Shown here: positions 24,631 through 35,264 of the stretch, in pieces | Position numbering within the stretch: position 1 is the stretch's first letter | Layout: every line of letters starts with the position of its first letter | Source: an uncultured Methanoregulaceae archaeon | Lineage (GTDB): Archaea; Halobacteriota; Methanomicrobia; Methanomicrobiales; Methanospirillaceae | Assembly: GCA_963737635.1 (NCBI GenBank) | Contig: CAVTTL010000001.1 | Coordinates: 1-64,000, forward strand | Length of the DNA stretch: 64,000 bases | Reading direction: 5' to 3' | The notes under the pieces: model-generated | Database searches by the model: none | The model's input: the letters and a program-made list of their open reading frames with translations, nothing else | What the model was told of the DNA's origin: nothing | Made by a program: the position numbers and the translations under genes

Positions 24631-26005
24631 TTACTGCTTCCTGATTTTTCCCAGGATCCATTTTCTCTTGACATAGAGCGCAATTGCGACGATAAATACG
24701 ATCCCGCCGATAATAACGGGGTAGAAAGAACTCAGGCCGCCACCCCGGCCGCCACCGAAACCAAACAGGCTGCCACCGCCGCCTCCATAGCCACCTCTGG
24801 ACGCTGCACTCCCGCCGGTAGCTCCTGTATACACTGCACCCGATCCTCCGCTGCCGCCGTTTCGCGAGCTGGCCTCCAACGCGCTGGCGAGGGAGCGTAG
24901 ATCGAACGTCTGGACATTTGTCAGTGTGTTACCGCTGTCGTCCTCCCACTGGGTTTGTATCGGGACCGCTGACAGATCCGATCCGGTAAACGTAAGGGTG
25001 AAACTGGAAAAGTCGTTGGATGTGAGGGAACCTACCGCATAGCTCTGCATATGGCTGTGCCGGCTGTGCCGGGGGTTCGACGGTTAAAAGCACACCGTTT
25101 GCATCGACTATTCCTTCATTGGTCACATCGCCGGTCAGCTGATACGCGCCTCCTGACACGGTAAGCGCGAGATCGTTGATGACAGGATTTGCTTCGTTTA
25201 TGCCTTTACCTATGTTAAGCGGCAGAACAACAGTATCCGAATGCGGGTTCATCACGCCGTTGTTATAATTGATGGTAAAAGTAACGTTTGCAGCCTGGTG
25301 AGGTGTAATGGCAAATGGTACATCTACGTCATTCCCACCGGCAATAGAATTGATAAAGACCTGCGAAGGATTAATAGAAACTCCCGGAGCAGAAGCCGTT
25401 ATAACGGTATTATTGATGTAACCGACACGCGGGTTCGTGATCTCGAGGGTGACGTTATCTGTTTCGTTGATGGCAAAGTTTTGCGGTGCTTGGGAAATCG
25501 CTTCTTTTATCGGCGTTGAATCGATCCTGACTTGAATGGGATAATAGATGCTTCCTGCATCACGGGACGCCAGGGAAAAGACCGGGTAATATATTCCCTC
25601 AGGGGGTTTTGCCACGATATCGAAGGTATACGTCTGCGTGGTTCCGGGCCCCATATACATCATTGTCTGGTACGGGTTGGTTCGTTCATCCGGGATGTAT
25701 ACATTGGGGCTGTCGAGAATATCTGCACTTTTGAACGCAACCTCTTGTGGCCCGGAGTTAACTACCGTTACCGTGATCGTACCCTGTTCAAAGGGAAAGA
25801 ATTCCTGAGGATCAACTGCAACGGAGCTGACATAGACCGTTGACAAAGCCTGTTCGGAACTAAGCGTTGTCGTTGCAGCGCTGACAGAGCTTGTCCCGGA
25901 AGAACTGCTACTGGTACTCGTCGAACTTGTTTGGGGGGCGCCACTCACAGCGCCTACCATCACACAAATCATCAACATTCCGATGAGAGCGGTGTAAATC
26001 TTCAT
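24631..26005 (-). CDS. COG1361-like surface protein of the ABC exporter operon (frameshift near 25048)
   Basis: Signal peptide, Ser/Thr-rich stretch, beta-sandwich domains, Gly-rich linker and C-terminal TM anchor across ORFs 24929..26005 and 24631..25050. Confidence 0.8.
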
Positions 26006-26115
26006 AATAACTCCATTTTTTTTGATAAGAGAGACCTACGCGACCGGGCTGGCATGCTCAGGAATATACCATTCGTACATTTAAGATTGCGCCACCCATT
26101 CATACGCACATTTTT

Positions 26116-26450
26116 GTAATGTATGTTTTACTTATTGTTATTTAATTAATACTTGACGTTATAAATAGGTTTCTCAAAGGGCAATCAGATAGTATCAAAA
26201 TTACGACGAAAAAAAGAAATTCCTGTATTCACAGGCACAATGAGCTAAAAGAAAGACGCGCAAAATCAGGTAATTATACCAGATGATTGAAGTGTTCCGA
26301 TTGATAATGCGAGAATACAGAATACGGCGAGCACAGCATAATAGAGTGGTGGGGTTTTCACGTGATGACCTCCGAAATCAGTCTGAGGCAAATGCAGATC
26401 CTCCTCGTGTGATGTAAACTACATTAGACATTTTGTAATATATACCTTAT
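26116..26450. promoter_or_regulatory. Three GTAA-N8-TTAC-like sites, candidate XRE operators
   Basis: GTAATGTATGTTTTAC (26116-26131), GTAAACTACATTAGAC (26414-26429), GTAATATATACCTTAT (26435-26450). Confidence 0.45.
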
Positions 26451-26655
26451 TATACAGTAAGATTCACTTCAGCAAACAATTCCTTTATCAAAAGCACTCT
26501 GGTGATCAAAAACATAACCGATTATGGAAAGAGATCGTGGAATCATCCCGAGATTTACAAAATAAGAAACATCTAAAGAAGGTCAAAAAACAGGCCGGTC
26601 CCACGCAGTTCAAAAAAGATCTGCAGAGTCGAGAACCCGGTCAATTTCCGACGGG

Positions 26656-26874
26656 TTAATCTATATCGACGGTCCGAACGCTCTCTTCATACGAGAATAT
26701 CTCTTCAATATTCACTTTAAAGTAACGGGAGATCCTGAATGCAAGATCCAATGACGGTATATACTTTCCTTTCTCTATGGCAAGGATAGTCTGCCGGGTT
26801 ACTCCTATAGCTTTCGCAAGATCTTCTTGCGTGAGATCCTGCATCGCCCGGTAAACCTTTATTTTATTCTTCAT
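26656..26874 (-). CDS. XRE/Cro-family HTH regulator
   Basis: MKNKIKVYRAMQDLTQEDLAKAIGVTRQTILAIEKGKYIPSLDLAFRIS is a classic small XRE. Confidence 0.93.
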   Translation of the reverse strand: MKNKIKVYRAMQDLTQEDLAKAIGVTRQTILAIEKGKYIPSLDLAFRISRYFKVNIEEIFSYEESVRTVDID

Positions 26875-27325
26875 CGGTTTCCCAGTCCCCGAACTTTCTT
26901 GCATAATAGATCCTGAACCCGACATACAGGAAGATCATCAGGCAGAGAAGCGACAGCTGGATATATCCAATTGTTTTCAGTGATAACATCTCCGGAGGCA
27001 GAATCGGGGACCCGCGATTCAATCCGAATGGGCGGAAAAACCTCGGCATATACAGCAAATTCGTGACTGCCATAATGGAAAAAGCGCAGAAGCACACCCA
27101 GAAAACCTGAAGAGTCCTCATGGCCGCTTTTTCAGTAATCCGTGCACTCCGTTCATCCTCGACAAAATCTTCAACTCTGCGGTATCCAAGATAAAGGAGA
27201 ATCACACCAATCACAAAGGAGATGGTGAAGATGAGCGGGGTGAAGTTCTCAACTGAATACCAGAAGATCGCAAGGAGCGCGACCGCGATAACCCCGATCA
27301 ATAGATAAAATACGTTCTTTTTCAT
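26864..27325 (-). CDS. DUF2178-like membrane protein
   Basis: Four TM helices with the central EDERSARITEKAA motif; overlaps the XRE gene start. Confidence 0.75.
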   Translation of the reverse strand: MKKNVFYLLIGVIAVALLAIFWYSVENFTPLIFTISFVIGVILLYLGYRRVEDFVEDERSARITEKAAMRTLQVFWVCFCAFSIMAVTNLLYMPRFFRPFGLNRGSPILPPEMLSLKTIGYIQLSLLCLMIFLYVGFRIYYARKFGDWETDEE

Positions 27326-27441
27326 GGCATTCTTCTGTTAAGCATTTTAAACATACCGAAACATAAGCCTTCCCTAACCGGTATATTGCTGAGATGCATT
27401 TCGGCCGATTGGACAATAAGGTTTTATAAGAAGGATTTACC

Positions 27442-27735
27442 ATGCATCTTATGAACGAAAAAACAACCCGACCGAGCCTTTTGCGTCTCGCTGCTGCTGT
27501 GATTCTTGGCATTATAGTTGGATCCATCCTGTTCCTGATCGTGGCACTGTTTATTGGAGCGTTCAATAGCCTGATGGGTATGCAGATTCCGGTCGGGATA
27601 GATTTTACAGAAAATCTTATCAGCGCTGTCCTTCTCGTGATCTTTGTAATGGGAAGTATTGTCGGGTTCTGCTGGAAAGTCTGGGTAACACCAGCCACAG
27701 AGGAAGAAGAAGAACCTTTTACACCGAATGAATAA
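27442..27735 (+). CDS. Small hypothetical 2-TM membrane protein
   Basis: Two hydrophobic helices, acidic tail, TTTTATAA just upstream. Confidence 0.6.
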   Translation: MHLMNEKTTRPSLLRLAAAVILGIIVGSILFLIVALFIGAFNSLMGMQIPVGIDFTENLISAVLLVIFVMGSIVGFCWKVWVTPATEEEEEPFTPNE

Positions 27736-27901
27736 AACCCCTTTCTTAATGCACTCACCGGAAGGCGGCGAGGAATAATGTTTTCTTTTCTCTAAACGCG
27801 AGGACCCAGCCTTTTCGGATTAAAGTCTGGAACCTTTGTCTGCCATCCTTTTTACCCAATACGGAGTTATCATCGGGAGAGATCCCGGTTTCGGCCCGAG
27901 C

Positions 27902-30046
27902 TCAGGGTCGTGGAAGCACTCGTACAACTACGAGCGTGATATCATCTGATTGAGGGGCAGGGCCAGTGAAATCCCGGATGCCGGCGATGATCTTCTCAAC
28001 GATTATATTGGCAGGGAGACCACGGCTCTCTTTTGCAATCACGGCCAACCGCCCTTCGCCGAATGCATTATACCCGGCATCGAATGCTTCTGTAACGCCA
28101 TCGGTGTACATGATCACTATATCTCCCGGCCTGATCTGGAGGTGTTCCGGCGTACTGTTCATATCCGCAAGGACACCCATCGCGATCCCGTTTTCCTGTA
28201 AAAACACGGTGTCCCCGTTTTCTCCGTATGTGACAAGCGGGGGGTTATGGCCGGCATTGATGCAGATCATGGTCTGGTTTACCGGGTCAAGGAGTGCCGA
28301 AAAGACCGTGACAAACATGCTGGACGGTGCGTTTTGGGTGATCATCCGGTTTACAGCGCCAAGTGCTTCTGCCGGATTCGTTGCACCTTCGAGACCTGCC
28401 CGCAACAGCGTCCGGGACATCGCCATGAAGAGTGCAGCGCTAACCCCCTTACCGGACACATCGGCGATCACAAACGCCCACTTCCCGTCACCGGTCTGGA
28501 TAAAATCATAAAAATCCCCGCCAACTTCCATTGCCGGGATCATCACCGCAGAAATGTCGTAACCGGGAATTTCCGGCATTCGTTCTGGCAGAAAACTGAT
28601 CTGGATGTTTCGTGCAATCTCTAGTTCCTTTGAGTAACGTTCCTTTTCAGCCGTGGTCTTCCTGAGAATTTCGATGTTTTCCTGGAGCTCATCGGCCATA
28701 GTATTAAACGAACGGGCAAGATCCTCGAACTCATCTCCTGATTGTATCTTCACCCTGAAATCAAGATTACCCTCACCCAACGCTGATGCCGCATCTTTGA
28801 GTAGTGCTACCGGGCGGGTAATTACACGGCTGAGAATGACAGCGACCAAGAGAACGACCAACAGAATCGCAATAAAAAGGATGGAAAAAATCAATCTGAG
28901 CCACGATGTTTGGGCCGTGATCTGTGTTCCAGTGTCATGGGTTGCTCCCTCGATCCTGCCGGTAAATTCTTCTACCGGTAGTGTGATCTCGCTTACCGGA
29001 AGAGAGACTGCAAGGCTCCAGTTCACCGATCTGACCGGGGCATAGGCAACATACGTCTCTGTTCCGTTAAACCAGACCGTACCGATACCGGTCAGGCCGG
29101 CAGTCATATTTGCAGCGACAGCGCTGAGACCGGAATTATCGCTTGTGAATGCATTCCCACTATCAAACGGTTCATCCCATTGCGTATTCCCGGCAGAAAG
29201 CCCGGGGCGGCTGATGACATCCCCTTGCTGGTTGATGAGCACTGCGTAACCGTCTCCGCCGAGCGTCTGACCAATAAAATTCTCATCAATCGTTTTTGTT
29301 GATACGTCGGAGCTAACCACCCAGCGGCCATATGCCGGGCTGCTCACGGCCTCTGAGCAGGTCATGATCACACCGTTATTTGTCGCGTCGACATACGGGA
29401 CATTCGACCAAACCACGCCTTCCTTTGCTTCTGCATCTACAAACCATTGACGGGTCCGCGGATCGTATCCTACAGGAAAATTTCCCCGCCAGGGGTAGGA
29501 GAGCATCATTCCTGAATCGGTTGCGACATAAACGTCGGTCATCTCGGTATCCGAATTGTACACAGCCTTAAGGTCACCGGCAAGCCCGGATAGGGTGCGT
29601 GCCTCTTCAGAACCCGGTGTTGCCGTTGCTCCCGGCGCAAAGACGAGAACCGCACCGGACAGAGGATCTGAGGGGGGATTATTTTCGGTATAAGTTGGCG
29701 TTGAAGAGAATATCGGCGGGTTGCGCTGGAGCTCGGCAGCCTGTGCTGCGAGGATCTCCATTTCACTGTCACTATCTTCGAAAAGTGCATCTGTTATATT
29801 TGCCTGATCGGCTGAGACGCGGATAAGATATTCCTTTCCAAGGGAGAGCAGGCGCACAGAGCTGTCGTTGATCACACCCTGGCCCAATTTTTCGCTGCTT
29901 CCCTGTGCATAGGACCCTACGTTTGTGATCGCAGAAAACGCAAAATAACCTGTTATCGAGAGTGCCGCAATGGACAGTGCCAGAAAGAGAATGAGGATCT
30001 TTGTCCTGATGGTGAGCGCAATTCTGTGGGGAATGAAAGGCTTCAT
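27902..30046 (-). CDS. Cache-HAMP-SpoIIE (RsbU-like PP2C) phosphatase
   Basis: TM, Cache (YDPRTRQWF, PYVDA), TM, HAMP (DEFEDLARSFNTM), PP2C (VGGDFYD, ADVSGKG, NAGHNPP, YTDG, DDIT). Confidence 0.92.
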   Translation of the reverse strand: MKPFIPHRIALTIRTKILILFLALSIAALSITGYFAFSAITNVGSYAQGSSEKLGQGVINDSSVRLLSLGKEYLIRVSADQANITDALFEDSDSEMEILAAQAAELQRNPPIFSSTPTYTENNPPSDPLSGAVLVFAPGATATPGSEEARTLSGLAGDLKAVYNSDTEMTDVYVATDSGMMLSYPWRGNFPVGYDPRTRQWFVDAEAKEGVVWSNVPYVDATNNGVIMTCSEAVSSPAYGRWVVSSDVSTKTIDENFIGQTLGGDGYAVLINQQGDVISRPGLSAGNTQWDEPFDSGNAFTSDNSGLSAVAANMTAGLTGIGTVWFNGTETYVAYAPVRSVNWSLAVSLPVSEITLPVEEFTGRIEGATHDTGTQITAQTSWLRLIFSILFIAILLVVLLVAVILSRVITRPVALLKDAASALGEGNLDFRVKIQSGDEFEDLARSFNTMADELQENIEILRKTTAEKERYSKELEIARNIQISFLPERMPEIPGYDISAVMIPAMEVGGDFYDFIQTGDGKWAFVIADVSGKGVSAALFMAMSRTLLRAGLEGATNPAEALGAVNRMITQNAPSSMFVTVFSALLDPVNQTMICINAGHNPPLVTYGENGDTVFLQENGIAMGVLADMNSTPEHLQIRPGDIVIMYTDGVTEAFDAGYNAFGEGRLAVIAKESRGLPANIIVEKIIAGIRDFTGPAPQSDDITLVVVRVLPRP

Positions 30047-30207
30047 AAGAATTTCGCGGGGTTGAACCGGTATGTGTTATAAATGTCTTAATCGGTAAAA
30101 AGTGCATCTCTTTTTACACTTAAGGAGGCCCAAAGCCGATTACGGGGTTTCAAGATCAACTACGATATGACCTCACGCTGGAAAAAAAAAGATTGTTTCT
30201 GGGCCTC

Positions 30208-31080
30208 TCATACATTCACATTTAACACCAGGCGGATGAGCAAACCGATCACAAAAGATACACCCGCAATACCCAGACTTATCGCAGCCATCTCAGTAAA
30301 ACGTTTCCAGAAGGGGAGATCCTTTGCGATGGAAATATAAAATGTAAAGAAAAAGATGACCAGAACTGCACCAACGAGGGTGAACACAAGAGCCAGGTAC
30401 GGGCTTGTGAGGAGAAGGAAGGGCGATATCAGCAGGGCAACAGTAACAATATAGGTGGCTCCGGTATAAAGTGCGGCTTTTTTCGGGCTTGTTCCGACCA
30501 TCTCATCGGAACGCTGGGAGAGATATTCGGAGGCGGCCATGGAAAGCGAGGCGGCGACACCGGTAATCAGACCGGCCACCGCGATGATCCGGGAATTCTG
30601 GATCGCAAAAGTCAGGCCGGCAAGGGTGCCGGTGAATTCCACAAGAGCGTCGTTGAGACCCAGAACGACGGATCCGACATACCTGAGCCGTTCTTCATCA
30701 ATCAGGGCAATGAGCTCCTGTTCATGCCTCACTTCATTGTCAAGCATAACGGGCATCTCAGGAATAGCTGAAAGGAGTGCACTGTCACCGACCTGCGCCC
30801 TTTCTTCCACCCCTTCCATCAGCTTGATAGCAAACGTCATTCCCAGCAGATGTGCAATGAGATAATAAAACCAGACCCGGAACAGGGCAGGGGCTGTATC
30901 CTTACCTGTGTATTTTTTCCAGATGAGGTAATGCTGGAGCTCCTCCGCAGCAATCCGTGTCAGGACCTCGCGATTATGGGGTTCCCGGGTAACCTGTGCG
31001 ATCCGGAGATAGATGTGATGTTCAGTGATCTCGTTTCTCTGGAGAGACGAGATCTTTTTAATTGATTCATTGGCTAACAC
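30208..31080 (-). CDS. Ferritin/rubrerythrin-like + VIT1/CCC1 iron transporter (MbfA-like)
   Basis: ExxH motifs (EELQH, EVRH), then VLGLNDALVE and SMAASEYLS of VIT1. Confidence 0.88.
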   Translation of the reverse strand: MLANESIKKISSLQRNEITEHHIYLRIAQVTREPHNREVLTRIAAEELQHYLIWKKYTGKDTAPALFRVWFYYLIAHLLGMTFAIKLMEGVEERAQVGDSALLSAIPEMPVMLDNEVRHEQELIALIDEERLRYVGSVVLGLNDALVEFTGTLAGLTFAIQNSRIIAVAGLITGVAASLSMAASEYLSQRSDEMVGTSPKKAALYTGATYIVTVALLISPFLLLTSPYLALVFTLVGAVLVIFFFTFYISIAKDLPFWKRFTEMAAISLGIAGVSFVIGLLIRLVLNVNV

Positions 31081-31143
31081 TATGGCATTCCCAGTATCAC
31101 CATATCTTCCCCAGGAAATTTATAGGTGGCACTTCAATCGGGT

Positions 31144-31476
31144 CTACTCAAGTTTCTTTTTAATCTCCCGTATATTGTTGAGCATCTCTTCTGAATACGG
31201 CGTGAACCGGTAGCTGAGATTGTTTTCAATCTGCCAGAACCCAATCTTCTCATCATAGTGCCCAATGATGTAGCATAGGAGGATATAGCAGGGAACCGCG
31301 AGGGCAAGAACCATGGGCAGGGTCAGGCCCAGATGAATATAAAAGAAATCTTCGAAGAGCTTGGCGTTTGCGGTGATGATCCCAAAATTTATGAGGATCT
31401 GCGTCCAGGATGTCCCTCGGGTATACCGCTGTTTGAATAATGCGAGGCTGTAGAGCAATCCCTTGTGTTCGGTCAT
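31144..31476 (-). CDS. Hypothetical membrane protein
   Basis: About 110 aa ORF with two hydrophobic segments, co-oriented with its neighbours; no family recognised. Confidence 0.6.
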   Translation of the reverse strand: MTEHKGLLYSLALFKQRYTRGTSWTQILINFGIITANAKLFEDFFYIHLGLTLPMVLALAVPCYILLCYIIGHYDEKIGFWQIENNLSYRFTPYSEEMLNNIREIKKKLE

Positions 31477-31556
31477 AGAAAGACATTTTTTTCTCACGAG
31501 AGGAAATGCTTTCTCAGATCCCGGTACATACTTGCAGCTGGTTTCATTCCTTTCAG

Positions 31557-31590
31557 AAAAAAGAGTGTGGTACCTGCTTACTCAAGTACC
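31557..31590 (-). terminator. Hairpin plus U-tract at the end of the tnpB-like gene
   Basis: Minus strand GGTACTTG-AGTAAG-CAGGTACC then ACACTCTTTTTT; the stop codon lies in the loop. Confidence 0.55.
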
Positions 31591-32336
31591 GCAAGGAGGT
31601 TTCCGCTTGGGACTTGTGCCGCAATGGAGGGGAAACCGGTATACGGGATGATCATCTCTTCGCGGGCTCGCCTGCGCATGTGCTTTTTTGAGAGCCGGCC
31701 ACGTTCTGCCTGTTCTTCCTCGCTGAGATTTAAGGGGGCGGCGAACCGGTGAGATGTAAGCGCGATATTGAATGCGGCGTTTACATCCGCATGAGCAACA
31801 AAACCGCAGTGCGGGCATTCGAAATGTTTTCTGCTTCGCCGTCCCATATTCCCACACCGGCTGCACCGTTTGGAAGTATATGCAGGATTTACGTAGATGA
31901 CGGGAATGCCCCGCCGCATGGCTAGTTTTTCCACCAGTCGCTGGAGCGAGAAGAACGATCCATTCCCAAACGAGAATTCGATAAACCCCGCAGACTCATG
32001 AGCATGCGAGTAACGGCTGGAGAAGAGCTTTTCGAACTTGATGCCCGAGCCGAGCGATTCCGCGAAGAATACGATCTGCCGGGAGATTTTGTTTAACGCT
32101 GCCTTGAACGCTTTGCGCTCACGGCTCTTATCTTTTCTGAGTTTCCAGAGTTTTCCTTCCTTGTAGAGTTTCGTGCAGTTTTTGATTGAAGTGCTGCGGA
32201 CATAGTGTACATTTTTTCCCAGTTTCAGGACTTTCCCGCTGTCCGGATCGGCGGCAACGGCCGCGTGTCCGGTCGTGTTGAGGTCAACACCGATCCAGCG
32301 GGCAGGTATGTGCTCGGATGGATGAACTTTGATCAC
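31578..32336 (-). CDS. tnpB: TnpB-derived protein reduced to RuvC + Zn ribbon (no N-terminal WED/REC region)
   Basis: WIGVDLN (D18), IKFEKL (E102), YVNPAYTSKRCSRCG...FECPHCG, HADVNAAFNIA (D184). 252 aa, no tnpA nearby. Confidence 0.88.
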   Translation of the reverse strand: MIKVHPSEHIPARWIGVDLNTTGHAAVAADPDSGKVLKLGKNVHYVRSTSIKNCTKLYKEGKLWKLRKDKSRERKAFKAALNKISRQIVFFAESLGSGIKFEKLFSSRYSHAHESAGFIEFSFGNGSFFSLQRLVEKLAMRRGIPVIYVNPAYTSKRCSRCGNMGRRSRKHFECPHCGFVAHADVNAAFNIALTSHRFAAPLNLSEEEQAERGRLSKKHMRRRAREEMIIPYTGFPSIAAQVPSGNLLAVLE

Positions 32337-32570
32337 CTTTCCCTAACCAAGTTCGCCTGCGGTACAAATTGCCTTTACAGGATTCTTGCTGCTCCGGTGT
32401 CTTTTTCCTCCTCTCTATAACCGACGTTATGCTTGCCATTCCTTTAAATCTTGCGGTCAAACGACCCCGGATTCAAAAAAAAGATGATTAATCATGCTAA
32501 ATTAGGTATAGGGGAAATATGTTGGGAAATCCGGGAACTCTGTTATTCCACGCATTCGAAAACCCGGGTC

Positions 32571-34307
32571 TCACACCATCAGCACGTATGCCGCCAATGA
32601 GAGGAGAAATGCGAGGAGCAGCATCGCAAGCGAGAGCGGCGCGACAAAGATGAGCATGGCATTCACGGTACTTGCAAGCTGAGAGATCCTGTTTGAGCCA
32701 AAAACGACTACGTGTTCGCACTGTGCCGTCGTCGCCGCACACTCGGCCGGTCCAAGATCGTCGACGGCAGCCCGTACGACGCGCAGGACTGCAGGAAGAA
32801 ACATTTCGACCGGTATCTCCATGCCAACCGGGTTTTTCCCGGTTATTGTGTTAACTACATGCGAATCGGTCGTCATCACTTCGGCAGCATCAACCAAGGC
32901 GAGAATTTTCTCAAGAAGGATCTCCCGGAGACCCGCAGCCATGTTGTTGCCGTCGAAAAGCACATAGGCAGTCCGTTGGCCGGCAGTCTCCACAACCATC
33001 ACCTGGACACCCAGATCACCGAATCCCTGCTCCCGGGAATAGGGCAGGTGCTCGTGGGCGTAACCGATAGAAAACGGCAGGAGCTCGGCGCCACTACATA
33101 CCTCCATGGCCTGAATCGCTCCGCGCTGGTACTCAGTCGCCGTCAGGGTCGCCGGGAGCACTGCAGACGAAAGATCGGTCATGCAGTTGTGGGCATCCAC
33201 AAACGCCACATGCGGGAACCAGCGGTGACCTTCGGCCATAATAGTCATGCCGATCGAGTAATCGAGGTCCTCAGTCATCAGAGGCGACCGGGTCGTAACC
33301 ATCAGGATGGCATCGCCAAACCTCTGGTATAGCACATGCACGGAACCGCACGAGAGCCGGGCGGAACGGGTTGCACCGGGAGTATATGTCCGATCCTTTT
33401 TCGAACGTTCAATTGCTTGGATGATTTTCTCGATCTCGCTTTCAGAGACCAGGTTGAAATCATGTGAGGCGCACCCGTGAGGGACCATTGTCTCCTCTTT
33501 TATATGGTCGTGGATAACCCGGGGCAGGTTGCCACCCCCAATCTCGCCCATTGGCCCGGGGTGGAGGTTGGGTATGGTAAAGAGCACGGATTCTTTTTGC
33601 GGGCGACGGAAAAAGAGGCAGACTTGCGGTACAAAGATCTCCTCGCCGATCTCCCGAAAGAAATTTTCCATTTCCTTTGAACCGTCTGTCATGTTGGCAA
33701 TAAACGCGTTGACGAACGCGAGGCCCCGGATATGGAACGCCCGGTAAAGCGGGCGCTCGATCAGCCAGACAAGGATCGCAAAACCGAGACCGAACACGAT
33801 GTGGAGGACAAGAGAAAAGACTGCCCATTCCGGAGAGAAGAGGAAAAATCCTACAATTACCCCCACACCACTCTGGGTAAGGGCAGGCAGGATCATATGG
33901 GGTATGCGGTAATCCGAGATTGCAACGAGTACGAAGAGGCGCAGGCCAAAGACAAAACCAAGGGAGATCCCATAAAAGAGAGGAAGATACCTGATACCGC
34001 CGGCAAGCGATGCGAGGGTGATAATGACGGCAAAGACCGTACAGGCAAGCGCAAGGAGAGCCGAACGGTTCCAGGTCATCGTTTTGCCGGAATACTCAAT
34101 GATCGGTTTTGTCAGGAGGAATGCAGCAATCGCCGGGAGCGTAAACGCGAGGGTACCTGAGAACGGCAGGTAAACCCAGGCGCGGGAACTCGCGCCGTCA
34201 ATAACAATACCCAGAATAATGAGGATAAGAAGGGACAACGGCCACGATGGTGCAGTAAAAAGGTATTTGGTGAGCTGCCCGAGTTTTACATCACTAGCGA
34301 TTGCCAT
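32571..34307 (-). CDS. DUF2070-family membrane protein
   Basis: Multi-TM N half; HPGPMGEIGGGNLP, HGCASHDFNLVS, DAHN, DGNNM and TTDSH motifs. Confidence 0.85.
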   Translation of the reverse strand: MAIASDVKLGQLTKYLFTAPSWPLSLLILIILGIVIDGASSRAWVYLPFSGTLAFTLPAIAAFLLTKPIIEYSGKTMTWNRSALLALACTVFAVIITLASLAGGIRYLPLFYGISLGFVFGLRLFVLVAISDYRIPHMILPALTQSGVGVIVGFFLFSPEWAVFSLVLHIVFGLGFAILVWLIERPLYRAFHIRGLAFVNAFIANMTDGSKEMENFFREIGEEIFVPQVCLFFRRPQKESVLFTIPNLHPGPMGEIGGGNLPRVIHDHIKEETMVPHGCASHDFNLVSESEIEKIIQAIERSKKDRTYTPGATRSARLSCGSVHVLYQRFGDAILMVTTRSPLMTEDLDYSIGMTIMAEGHRWFPHVAFVDAHNCMTDLSSAVLPATLTATEYQRGAIQAMEVCSGAELLPFSIGYAHEHLPYSREQGFGDLGVQVMVVETAGQRTAYVLFDGNNMAAGLREILLEKILALVDAAEVMTTDSHVVNTITGKNPVGMEIPVEMFLPAVLRVVRAAVDDLGPAECAATTAQCEHVVVFGSNRISQLASTVNAMLIFVAPLSLAMLLLAFLLSLAAYVLMV

Positions 34308-34367
34308 CAGGCAAAACCCCCGAGAATAGGTTCAGACCGGTTGGTTCCTGCGTGGATCTCTGTCATA

Positions 34368-35264
34368 TTACTCCCGCGTCGGCACTGATTCGATCGCGCC
34401 GAAATGTGTACGGTACCGTTCGAGCATCTGGGCCCAAGTGGGCAGGTGTGTCTGGCATCCGGCATGTTCCACGACATAGGAGGCAGTGACCGTCCCAATC
34501 CGGCAGCAGGTAAGTGGGGCATACCCCCGGACGTACGCGGACAGGAACCCGGCCCGGTACGCGTCCCCCGCGCCAGTCGGATCACAGAGTGATACCGGCA
34601 CGACCGGGATGAAGTGTTCCCTGCCGTCCATATACAGCGTACTCCCGTCGCCGCTCATAGTAAATATTGCCATAGCAACTTCTTTGATAAGATCTGCTTT
34701 TGTCTTCCCGAGCGTCGTGCACATCTGTTGCACCTCGTGCTGGTTGGCAAACAGGATATCGGTGTTGGCAATAATGGATTCGAGCTGTTCTTTTGTGTAC
34801 CAGAAAACATCCTGTCCCGGATCAAACGAGACAAACTCGCTTTTTTGTGCCACCCGGCAATTAAATTCGGGATCGGCTGTCGCCATGTGGACGAGGGGGA
34901 GCGCCGGGGCTTCCGCTGTCGCGAATGCCTGTGAAGCACCCCATTCAAAGAACGTCATCTGGTTCCCCGCTTCCTCCGTAAACATGAACGCGGTTGGAGT
35001 GTGGGTTCCCGGTACCTCAAAGAACTGTCGGTGGATCCCAGACCGGTCCATCCATTTCTCATAGTCGCTCCCGGCAAAATCATCACCGACGCAGGAGTGA
35101 AGCGTGACCAACTCCCCAAGCATGGCAATCCCGGCTGCAATATTAGACGCTCCGCCACCGAAGAAAATCTGCCGGTCGGTGATGTGGGTCGACTGGTTTT
35201 TTTCAGGAAGATGATGCACGCGGGAGATATAGTCGATCGCCGTGTGTCCTACAACATGGATCAT
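34368..35264 (-). CDS. PfkB/ribokinase-family (nucleoside) kinase
   Basis: [26 protein letters not shown]. Confidence 0.92.
   Translation of the reverse strand: MIHVVGHTAIDYISRVHHLPEKNQSTHITDRQIFFGGGASNIAAGIAMLGELVTLHSCVGDDFAGSDYEKWMDRSGIHRQFFEVPGTHTPTAFMFTEEAGNQMTFFEWGASQAFATAEAPALPLVHMATADPEFNCRVAQKSEFVSFDPGQDVFWYTKEQLESIIANTDILFANQHEVQQMCTTLGKTKADLIKEVAMAIFTMSGDGSTLYMDGREHFIPVVPVSLCDPTGAGDAYRAGFLSAYVRGYAPLTCCRIGTVTASYVVEHAGCQTHLPTWAQMLERYRTHFGAIESVPTRE

Noticed and set aside
32337-32439. Upstream out-of-frame ATG (MASITSVIERRKK...) as the missing TnpB N-terminus
   Set aside because: Even with an indel it adds only about 35 aa with no WED/REC-like character, and it starts too close to the TATA box to be transcribed from it.
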